Source of the DNA: Desulfobacteraceae bacterium
GTDB taxonomy: Bacteria > Desulfobacterota > DSM-4660 > Desulfatiglandales > HGW-15
Assembly (NCBI GenBank): GCA_050123415.1
Contig: JASFHE010000003.1
Location: forward strand, 7,794-39,793
Length of the DNA stretch: 32,000 bases
Reading direction: 5' to 3'
Of the stretch, positions 24,253 to 31,628 are shown piece by piece (position 1 is the first letter of the stretch; each line of letters opens with the position of its first letter). The notes below the pieces were generated by a model, which saw only the letters and a list, made by a program, of their open reading frames with translations, was not told the DNA's origin and made no database searches. The position numbers were made by a program, and so were the translations under genes.

Positions 24253-24885
24253 TTATTCCCTTTCACTGAGTCTTGCGCTTATTGTTGCACCTTTTTCAGG
24301 GGGCATCTCTGCCATGATCGCGCCTGCGTTCTTGCCTTTCATATTGCCAAGAATCCTCACTACGATATCAAGCTGCAGTTTATCCAGGATTACAGCGGCT
24401 TTATTCGCTTCCATTGAGCTGTATGTTTTAACCAGATGAGAGATTTTTGCATCCTGCAGGGCCTTTTCTCTTTCGGCAAGTTTTATTGCGTATGCATTCA
24501 GACTGTTTTGAAGATCATTGATTTCCGCCATTCTGGTTTCTACTTCTTCTTTAAGGGGTATGAGTTCTGCTTCCATTTTTTTTATTTTGGCTTCTCTTTC
24601 AGAAAGCTCCTGCTCCCTTTTACGGAGCCTGGACTCCCATTCCTCAAGGCTTTGTTCATCTTCCGCAGGTACTTCCTGCGCCATTGCTACATCAGTAGCT
24701 GTAATATTCAGAGGTGGTGTCCGTAGAAAAACGCCGCTGATTACGACTTTAACAGCAAGAAGGAGAAAAAACAGCACCAGAGTTGTTACATAGAAGTTTG
24801 GCTTTAGAGGAAACTTTTTCCATGTCTTATTACCGCTGCTTCGTTTATCTCCTTGAGTTCCAATTGGTTCTGATCGTGATGCCAT
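24253..24885 (-). CDS. MgtE-N-domain flagellar protein (YlxF / MotE / FlbB-like)
   Basis: 210 aa. One TM segment (TTLVLFFLLLAVKVVISGVFL), a coiled coil (EEWESRLRKREQELSEREAKIKKMEAELIPLKEE), and a C-terminal MgtE-N-like segment (VKTYSSMEANKAAVILDKLQLDIVVRILGNMKGKNAGAIMAEMPPEKGATISARL). It occupies the same position as B. subtilis ylxF (after fliJ). It overlaps fliJ by 82 nt and has no alternative in-frame ATG. Confidence 0.7.
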   Translation of the reverse strand: MASRSEPIGTQGDKRSSGNKTWKKFPLKPNFYVTTLVLFFLLLAVKVVISGVFLRTPPLNITATDVAMAQEVPAEDEQSLEEWESRLRKREQELSEREAKIKKMEAELIPLKEEVETRMAEINDLQNSLNAYAIKLAEREKALQDAKISHLVKTYSSMEANKAAVILDKLQLDIVVRILGNMKGKNAGAIMAEMPPEKGATISARLSERE

Positions 24886-25247
24886 TTTTCAAAATCCCTT
24901 TCCTTTAATTTTTCAAAAACTTTACACTGCCTGGATTTTTCGAGCAGATTTTTCCTTTTTTCAAATACTGCCTGTTCAGCTTTAAGGCGCTCTATTTTTT
25001 TCATTTCAATCCTGATCAGCAGCGCGTTTTTGAATTCCGAGTGGTTTATTATGTCATTGGATGACATGATATTTCTCATATTTTTTTCAAGGTCATCATT
25101 TGCCTTTGTTATCTCATCCCTGCAGGCAATGATCTGATCATTTATTTTTCTTACGGCGCTTTGTGCCTTTGCAAATTCGATAGCAGCTTTTTCCTTCAGG
25201 TGCTCCCGATAGGTCAGAATCGATTCATATCTGAATTTAAATTTCAA
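24804..25247 (-). CDS. fliJ: Flagellar export chaperone/stalk protein FliJ
   Basis: 147-aa all-helical K/E-rich protein directly after fliI. N-terminus MKFKFRYESILTYREHLKEKAAIEFAKAQ is typical of FliJ. Confidence 0.82.
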   Translation of the reverse strand: MKFKFRYESILTYREHLKEKAAIEFAKAQSAVRKINDQIIACRDEITKANDDLEKNMRNIMSSNDIINHSEFKNALLIRIEMKKIERLKAEQAVFEKRKNLLEKSRQCKVFEKLKERDFEKWHHDQNQLELKEINEAAVIRHGKSFL

Positions 25248-25265
25248 TCGATTGAACTCCCTCTA

Positions 25266-26588
25266 CTAGTTTCCTTTTGCAAGGAGTTTTGTCATTTCTG
25301 CTACCGATGCTTCCATTGTACTTCCCTCAAGCATGTCCTGTCTTAAAAAATTGTTCAGGGAGTCTATCATTTGAAGGGCAAGGTCAGTATTTCTGTTATT
25401 GCCTTTTTCATATGCCCCTAAGTTTACAAGGTCTTCTATCTTAGCGTAATCCGCAAGGATTCTTCGGAATTTGTATGATAAATCAAGATGGTTCCTGGGC
25501 ACCACATCGGTCATTAACCTGCTTATGCTTGAGAGCACGTTGACGGCAGGGTAGTGACCTTTCGCCGCAAGAGACCTGTCCAGTACAATATGCCCGTCCA
25601 CAATGGATCTTACCGCGTCGGCGATTGGTTCATTCATGTCGTCGCCTTCGACAAGAACCGTGTATATACCGGTTATCGAACCGTCACATGTACTGGTTCC
25701 CGCTCTTTCGAGTAGTTTTGGCAAATGGGAAAATGTACTTGGCGGATATGCCTTGCTGGTTGGCGGTTCTCCTGCAGACAGCCCGATCTCTCTTACCGCC
25801 ATTGCAAACCTTGTAACCGAATCCATCATGAGAAGTACATCCTTGTTTTGTTCCCGGAAGAATTCGGCTATCGCGGCAGTAAGGTACGCGCCCCTCATCC
25901 TGATGAGGGGAGAAGTGTCAGATGTAGCCGCGATAACGATGGATCTTTTTAGACCTTCCTCTCCAAGGTCGCGTTCGATAAACTCTTTTACTTCTCTCCC
26001 TCTTTCCCCGATAAGACCGATTACATTGATATCAGCCTTTGTGAATTTTGACATCATTCCGAGGAGTTTACTTTTCCCTACACCTGACCCTGCCATTATG
26101 GCAGTCCTTTGCCCCTTTGCCAGGGTATTCAGACAGTCAATTGAACGCACACCCACGGTAAGAGGTTCCATGATACGGTTTCTCGCGAGCGGGTTTATCG
26201 GATGCGAGTATAAGGGAATAGTCGTATCAATTTTTATTGGCTGTCCATCGTCAAGGGGATTGCCCAGACCGTCCAGCACTCTTCCGAGCATGTCATATCC
26301 AACGTCGATTGATGCCGCAAAACTCAGCGCTGTTATTGAACTGCCCGGTTCAACGCCATCGGCTTTTTCGAGAGGCATGAGAAGAATGTTCTGGTCTCTG
26401 AATCCTATTACTTCGGCATTGATAGGTTCTTCCATGTTCCTTGAGAGTATCTGGCAGATACCGCCAACAGGCATTGCCGGACCATTACCCTCGATCACAT
26501 TGCCCACAACCTTGGTAACCTGGCCTTCAACAGTGATCGGAGATATGGAATTGATTTTTTCAAAATATCTGTCAAGGGCTATTTTCAT
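25266..26588 (-). CDS. fliI: Flagellum-specific ATPase FliI
   Basis: 440 aa. Walker A (AGSGVGKSKLLG) and Walker B region (VLLMMDSVTRFAMAVREI), F1/T3SS-ATPase fold. Its start overlaps the fliH stop (ATGA). Confidence 0.97.
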   Translation of the reverse strand: MKIALDRYFEKINSISPITVEGQVTKVVGNVIEGNGPAMPVGGICQILSRNMEEPINAEVIGFRDQNILLMPLEKADGVEPGSSITALSFAASIDVGYDMLGRVLDGLGNPLDDGQPIKIDTTIPLYSHPINPLARNRIMEPLTVGVRSIDCLNTLAKGQRTAIMAGSGVGKSKLLGMMSKFTKADINVIGLIGERGREVKEFIERDLGEEGLKRSIVIAATSDTSPLIRMRGAYLTAAIAEFFREQNKDVLLMMDSVTRFAMAVREIGLSAGEPPTSKAYPPSTFSHLPKLLERAGTSTCDGSITGIYTVLVEGDDMNEPIADAVRSIVDGHIVLDRSLAAKGHYPAVNVLSSISRLMTDVVPRNHLDLSYKFRRILADYAKIEDLVNLGAYEKGNNRNTDLALQMIDSLNNFLRQDMLEGSTMEASVAEMTKLLAKGN

Positions 26589-27328
26589 AGCATACCGCGT
26601 GTAATCATGAGATATTCTTTATCAATGACCTTGATGATTTCATCGAGCTGATCATCGATTGTGGCATTTACCCTGCCAAATCCCGTTTCAAGCATGCATC
26701 CGCCCTTTCCGACCGTGGGATCTTCCGTCAGTTGGAAATTGCCTCCCTTTGTCAACCTGGCCAGGTCGGGGAGCATCTTTTTCACCTCTTCCATGTCTTC
26801 GGGATTTATGATTATGCGGACCTTTCTCTTATCAGTTAAAAACTTTGCCGCGGATCTGATGCTGTGTCTTATTACGGCCTCACCTGTCTTTATCTCTTCA
26901 CCGATAACTTTTTTTACAATCAGTTCAACAAGACTGAGCATTTCTCCTTCGGAGTCACGGAATATCTGTACCTTGAGGTCCCTTAATTCGGCCATCAGTG
27001 CTTCATACTGTTTTCCCATCTCCGCCATCTTGGATTTTTCCAGATCAAGACCGTCTTTCTGGCCCTGGGCAAAGCCTTTTTCATATGCCTCCCTTTCAAG
27101 CCTGGCTATCTTTGTCTTGAAATCTTCCTCCGTGGTGGGGTCTTCCCTTTCGATGGCCGGGAAGTTCCATGATCTAACGGAGTCATCGGTTTTGGCTATT
27201 GAGCCGGAAGGGGCCTGACTGCCCTCAGGGGGCGTTTCATCTGCCTGAAACGACTCAACATTGTACAGCGGGGAGTAATCATCTTTTAAATGACTAGACA
27301 AGGACGTCTTCTCCTCCCTTGCTGCCAA
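26585..27328 (-). CDS. fliH: Flagellar export ATPase regulator FliH
   Basis: FliH-type sequence (LEREAYEKGFAQGQKDGLDLEKSK ... GGCMLETGFGRVNATIDDQLDEI), located between fliG and fliI. The track start at 27328 is a TTG. A TTG at 27301, preceded by GGGAGGAG 9 nt upstream, is a plausible alternative start. Confidence 0.85.
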   Translation of the reverse strand: MAAREEKTSLSSHLKDDYSPLYNVESFQADETPPEGSQAPSGSIAKTDDSVRSWNFPAIEREDPTTEEDFKTKIARLEREAYEKGFAQGQKDGLDLEKSKMAEMGKQYEALMAELRDLKVQIFRDSEGEMLSLVELIVKKVIGEEIKTGEAVIRHSIRSAAKFLTDKRKVRIIINPEDMEEVKKMLPDLARLTKGGNFQLTEDPTVGKGGCMLETGFGRVNATIDDQLDEIIKVIDKEYLMITRGML

Positions 27329-28301
27329 GCACTATTTTCCCTTCTTCTTCAAGTCTTCTGGCTGCCTTGACTATATTGAGCTGGGCCTGTTCAACATCCT
27401 TGAGTTTAACCGGGCCCATTACTTCCATATCTTCCTTCATCATTTCAGCGGCGCGCTGGCTGATGTTGCTGAATATTTTTTCAGCCAGTTCTTCGGAACT
27501 TGTCTTAAGGGCCAGTATCAGTTCATCATTGCTGACTTCCTTAAGCAGCGCCCTGATTGAGCGGTCGTCAAGGGTGACAAGATCCGCGAATACGAACATT
27601 TTCTGTCTTATTTCATCTGCCAGTTCTTCTCTTACCGTTTCTATTTTGTCAAATATATTGTTTTCAGTCTGGTTATCCAGGTTGTTTAATATTTCTGCTG
27701 CCGCTTCAATACCTCCCTGGTTGGATTGTGTTTCGTTACCCATATCTGACAGCATTTCTTCCACAACATCATGCACCTCATCCACTATATCGGAAGGTAC
27801 ATCATCAAGGTCTGCTATCCGTATAATTACTTCTCCCTGGAGATGTTCAGGAAGGAATTTGATGATTTCCGCTGCTGTCTGGTATTTCATGTTTACCAGT
27901 ATAAGCGCGATAGTCTGGGGATGTTCTGTCATTAGCATATTGGCCAGGATTGTCGGATTGTAAGTGCTTAGTTTTTCAAATGATTTTTCCTGTCCTTTTG
28001 AAAGCAGGTCGCCAAGGAGTTCATCAGCCTTTTTTATATCAAATGCCTTTGGCATTGTTTTCTGAAGAAAATCCTTGCCGGAAAGACCCAGGCTTCCGTC
28101 TCCCATCTCCTTTGAAAATTCATCCATCACCAGTGATACGGTTCTTGAATCAACCTTTTTGATTGTTGCCATCTCCTCGCCGAGCAGTTTTACCTCCCTG
28201 TCATCAAGGTGGCGGAATACTTCGGCCGTAAAGTTTTCACCCATTACCATAAGGAATATGGCAGCCTTTTTTTTGCCTTCTAAAAAAGAGATGCTTTCCA
28301 A
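27294..28301 (-). CDS. fliG: Flagellar motor switch protein FliG
   Basis: 335 aa. N-terminal LEGKKKAAIFLMVMGENFTAEVFRHL. C-terminal torque-domain sequence (ISQRAAEMMKEDMEVMGPVKLKDVEQAQLNIVKAARRLEEEGKI). TTG start immediately after the fliF TAA, with a GAGGTG SD. Confidence 0.95.
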   Translation of the reverse strand: MESISFLEGKKKAAIFLMVMGENFTAEVFRHLDDREVKLLGEEMATIKKVDSRTVSLVMDEFSKEMGDGSLGLSGKDFLQKTMPKAFDIKKADELLGDLLSKGQEKSFEKLSTYNPTILANMLMTEHPQTIALILVNMKYQTAAEIIKFLPEHLQGEVIIRIADLDDVPSDIVDEVHDVVEEMLSDMGNETQSNQGGIEAAAEILNNLDNQTENNIFDKIETVREELADEIRQKMFVFADLVTLDDRSIRALLKEVSNDELILALKTSSEELAEKIFSNISQRAAEMMKEDMEVMGPVKLKDVEQAQLNIVKAARRLEEEGKIVLGSKGGEDVLV

Positions 28302-29894
28302 TTAACTCACCTCGTTAAGCCAGGTTTTAATAATATCTGCTGCAATATCAGGGTTCTGTTTTGTCGCCTCAAGGAGTTTGAGTTTATCATTCTGCCTTAC
28401 CTGCATGTCAGGTGTGGGTGAAGATAGTTCTTCATGCCTGCTTCCCTGTGAAAGTGCTCTTGTTGATACATACTCACTCGTTTGATTCAGCCATTTTTTA
28501 AAGGGTTTGATTGCGATAAGAAAAAACAGGGCTATCATTAAAATATTCAGGATCGGCTTGCTTCCTTTTTTAAGATAACCCATCCAGCCATCAGAGCCTG
28601 ATCCCGCCGGCATATCTTCAAGACTGTCTTTATCCATGCTGAATGGAACATCATTGGATACCGTCACCTGGTCTCCACGCTCTGGATCAAAACCAATGGC
28701 ATTTTTTACTATGTCCTCAAAGGTCTTTTTCTCTTTTCTGCTGTATCCCTTAAATACCTTTGTTAGATTTCCTTCATCATTTGTGGCGGTTTCATATGGA
28801 CCGTCTATGATTACCGAGGCTGAAAGACGCTGTATCTGACCTGATTCATTAATGGTCTGGCGGTTCAGCCTGTTTATTCTGTAATTAATTGTTGAACTTT
28901 CTTTTTCATAAAGGTTGGATGCCGTTCCTGACAGCTCGGAACCTGTCTGAACTCCCTGATTTAACAGGTCCGGGGAACCCTGAGCTATTTTGTTGCCGTC
29001 GCTTGAGCTTTCCTTCTGTCTCTGTTCACTGTATATTACCTGACTGTCAGGATCATATTTTTCTTCGGTTTCATTGGTTCTTTCGTAATCGACATCAACC
29101 GATACCTTTGCAACAACCTTGTTCATGCCTACAACAGGTTCCAGCATGCTGATAATCTGTTTTTCATAGGTCTCTTCAAGCCTGCGCTGATATTCGAACT
29201 GATCATTACTGATATTCCCTAATCCGTTCTTGTCATCCCCTTTTGTCAGGATGCCGCCTTCCATGTCCACGACAGATACTTTTTCCGGCCTCAGACCTTC
29301 AACCGAACCCGAGACAAGATTGATTATTCCCTGTAACTGTCTTTGGGTCAGCGTACTTCCGGGATGAAGTCTTAAAACAACAGACGCGGTTGCCGGTTTT
29401 TCCTCTTCCGCGAATAGTGAATCTCCGGCAGCAACAATATGAACCCTGGCATTGTCTACAGTGTCAAAACCCTTGATTGTTCTTGCAAGTTCGCCCTGCA
29501 GCGCCTGCTGATACCTGAGTTTTAACTCAAATTCAGTTGTCCCGAACGACATATTGTCAAATATCTCAAAACCTACACTGCCGCCTTTTGGCAGTATACC
29601 TTCGGCAGCCATATCCAGGCGAAGCTGGTGGACCATGTCATCAGGCACCAGAATAGTGCCTTCACCGTCCTTAAACTGATATTTTACCCCGTTTTCCTGT
29701 AATTTTTCTGTGATTTTTGAGGCCTCGACCGAATCCAGGTCTGAGAACAGCACCATATAGTTTGGCCTGTTCGTGTACGTAAACAGGGCAATAAAGCCTC
29801 CTATAACTATAGCGAATGTTATTAAAAAGGAAATTCGTTTCCCGGCTGGTATTGCCTTGAAGACTTCGATTATATTCCCGATACCTTCCGCCAT
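28302..29894 (-). CDS. fliF: Flagellar MS-ring protein FliF
   Basis: 530 aa. N-terminal TM segment (ISFLITFAIVIGGFIALF), YscJ/FliF ring-building domains, a second TM segment (ILNILMIALFFLIAI) and a C-terminal FliG-binding tail. Confidence 0.95.
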   Translation of the reverse strand: MAEGIGNIIEVFKAIPAGKRISFLITFAIVIGGFIALFTYTNRPNYMVLFSDLDSVEASKITEKLQENGVKYQFKDGEGTILVPDDMVHQLRLDMAAEGILPKGGSVGFEIFDNMSFGTTEFELKLRYQQALQGELARTIKGFDTVDNARVHIVAAGDSLFAEEEKPATASVVLRLHPGSTLTQRQLQGIINLVSGSVEGLRPEKVSVVDMEGGILTKGDDKNGLGNISNDQFEYQRRLEETYEKQIISMLEPVVGMNKVVAKVSVDVDYERTNETEEKYDPDSQVIYSEQRQKESSSDGNKIAQGSPDLLNQGVQTGSELSGTASNLYEKESSTINYRINRLNRQTINESGQIQRLSASVIIDGPYETATNDEGNLTKVFKGYSRKEKKTFEDIVKNAIGFDPERGDQVTVSNDVPFSMDKDSLEDMPAGSGSDGWMGYLKKGSKPILNILMIALFFLIAIKPFKKWLNQTSEYVSTRALSQGSRHEELSSPTPDMQVRQNDKLKLLEATKQNPDIAADIIKTWLNEVS

Positions 29895-29938
29895 TTCTTC
29901 TCCTGTCTAGTCCTGATTTATTAAAAGCAGGGTATAGC

Positions 29939-30241
29939 TTAAAAATTCATTCTCATTATTTCCTGGTAGGCGTCCAGGAGTTTGTTTCTTATCTGCATTA
30001 AAAATTTCATAGATAATCCGGCTTTTTCTGCCGCTATCATTACTTCATGTATATTATTGTTTTTACCTATAGCAAAATCTTCTGTCAGCCGGTCCGACTC
30101 ATTTATTTGATTGTTTACATTGGAAACCAGCTCAGCGAGTGTGTTCTGAAACGAGCCGCCATTATTTTTTTCTGTTTTATTTATTTGTGCTGAGTTGAAA
30201 AAATTATCGTAATTTCCCTGTATTTCTCCCGGACTTCTCAT
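29939..30241 (-). CDS. fliE: Flagellar hook-basal body complex protein FliE
   Basis: 100 aa, located between flgC and fliF. C-terminal part (IHEVMIAAEKAGLSMKFLMQIRNKLLDAYQEIMRM) is typical of FliE. Confidence 0.9.
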   Translation of the reverse strand: MRSPGEIQGNYDNFFNSAQINKTEKNNGGSFQNTLAELVSNVNNQINESDRLTEDFAIGKNNNIHEVMIAAEKAGLSMKFLMQIRNKLLDAYQEIMRMNF

Positions 30242-30252
30242 ATGCTTCCTCC

Positions 30253-30690
30253 CTATCTGCCGATTTCTAGGGCCTTAGTGGCCATATCTTTAGCCGCCCT
30301 AATTGCCGAGGCATTGGCTTCATATGACCTGTTGGCATTGAGCATCTGGACCATCTCCTCAACCAGGTTCACATTCGGGAGATACAGGTAGCCGTCCTGG
30401 TCAGCATCCGGATGTGTAGGATCAAATATTTTTTTTAGGTCCCCGGGCACAGGGGCTATCTTTATGACCTCTACACCGTAAATATCATTATCCACCGAAT
30501 TCTTTAATTGCTCTTCAAATGATTTTTTCATCGGGACGGTCCGGAAAATGCTTGTTTTTCTTCTATAGGGTGTACCGTCTTCGGTCTTTGTAGTGTTTGA
30601 GTTTGCAAGGTTCATGGATATAACATTTAACCTTGTTCTCTGGGCAGTCATTCCGCTTGCGGCAATATCCATACATTTTAACAGATCCAT
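30253..30690 (-). CDS. flgC: Flagellar proximal rod protein FlgC
   Basis: 145 aa. N-terminus IAASGMTAQRTRLNVISMNLANSNTT and C-terminus VNLVEEMVQMLNANRSYEANASAIRAAKDMATKALEIGR. Confidence 0.95.
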   Translation of the reverse strand: MDLLKCMDIAASGMTAQRTRLNVISMNLANSNTTKTEDGTPYRRKTSIFRTVPMKKSFEEQLKNSVDNDIYGVEVIKIAPVPGDLKKIFDPTHPDADQDGYLYLPNVNLVEEMVQMLNANRSYEANASAIRAAKDMATKALEIGR

Positions 30691-30693
30691 TCT

Positions 30694-31113
30694 TTACCTC
30701 CTTGAATCAATAACTGCCTTCAAGAGTTCAAACTTCTTTGAAAGTAGTCTGGTTGATGCTTCATACATAAGATTATTCTGGGACATCTTTGCCATTTCCG
30801 TATCAATGTTGAGTTCATTTGGTTTTCCATACTCCCTGACCAGTTGATAGGGATTGAAACTGTTTTCCATAATGTACTCACTGCCTGAAAGGTGCCCTGG
30901 CTCGGATTTTTCCAGTTTTATGCTTTTATTATCAAAGGCTTTCTGGAGTTCCGCCTCAAAGGGTATTCCCTTCTGGATGTATCCCGGAGTCTCTGAGTTG
31001 GCGACATTTCCTGCAATTACACTTTGCCTCACGGCCCGAAAATCAAGCACCTTTGAGAGGAGCCTTGATGTTCTGTCCATAAACATATTTTTACCGGTAA
31101 TTAATTTTTCCAT
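30694..31113 (-). CDS. flgB: Flagellar proximal rod protein FlgB
   Basis: 139 aa. Contains RQSVIAGNVANSETPGY and C-terminus MAKMSQNNLMYEASTRLLSKKFELLKAVI. AGGAGG lies 4 nt before the ATG. First gene after the promoter gap. Confidence 0.93.
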   Translation of the reverse strand: MEKLITGKNMFMDRTSRLLSKVLDFRAVRQSVIAGNVANSETPGYIQKGIPFEAELQKAFDNKSIKLEKSEPGHLSGSEYIMENSFNPYQLVREYGKPNELNIDTEMAKMSQNNLMYEASTRLLSKKFELLKAVIDSRR

Positions 31114-31143
31114 GACACCTCCTTGTTTTCTATTTACCTTGCC

Positions 31144-31159
31144 TGCAAAAGAGATACCA
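31144..31159 (-). promoter_or_regulatory. Sigma54 (-24/-12) type promoter of the flgB...fliJ unit
   Basis: The reverse strand reads TGGTATCTCTTTTGCA (GG-N10-GC with a TTGCA -12 element). It lies about 31 nt upstream of the flgB ATG (31113). Confidence 0.62.
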
Positions 31160-31509
31160 ATCGGGATTACCTGTTTTTGCTCTTTGAAATTATAAAAACA
31201 GGGCTGTTATTTTATAAAAATACTACAGGTGATTAACCTGTAGGTTTTCTGCAACTAATTGTTTTTCTGATGAATTTTAAATAAAATGACATTTACGGGT
31301 ATCTTTGTTTTTGAATAGTGTTAAACAGGGCAGACAGGTTGAATGTTAAAGTGACAAAATTCACACCGCTTTTTTGTCAGAAATCAGTAAAAAATGTGTC
31401 GAAATATTGACGTTTTGATGGAATTGTTGGATTTACCGAGAATGAACGTTGGAATATGTCAATATTTTAACGTGGTCATCCAGGAAGAGGCAATTTCTGG
31501 ATGAAGCTT

Positions 31510-31590
31510 TCAGCGGTCAGCGGTCAGCGTTCAGCTAAGTCTTTGATTTTAATGCTTTAAGCTGACAGCTGAATGCTGATAGCTGATAGC
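31510..31590. repeat. Palindromic element built from tandem heptamers (TCAGCNN x4, 23-nt spacer, AGCTGNN x4)
   Basis: Left arm TCAGCGG TCAGCGG TCAGCGT TCAGCT (31510..31536). Right arm AGCTGAC AGCTGAA TGCTGAT AGCTGAT AGC (31560..31590). 21 of 27 arm positions are Watson-Crick complementary, with mismatches confined to the variable heptamer positions. Confidence 0.85.
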
Positions 31591-31628
31591 GTTCATCAAA
31601 AACGAACGTTTTGGATGGGCAAATCAAG

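Noticed and set aside
25603-26604. 333-aa plus-strand ORF antisense to fliI. Similar long antisense ORFs occur at 22778..23470, 26661..27218, 27319..27963, 12418..12915 and 15554..15964.
   Set aside because: Each lies entirely inside a strongly conserved minus-strand flagellar gene. Their translations are low-complexity S/L/I/P/F-rich strings, as expected from reading K/E/D-rich codons backwards. None has a convincing ribosome-binding site or any recognisable motif. They are shadow ORFs.
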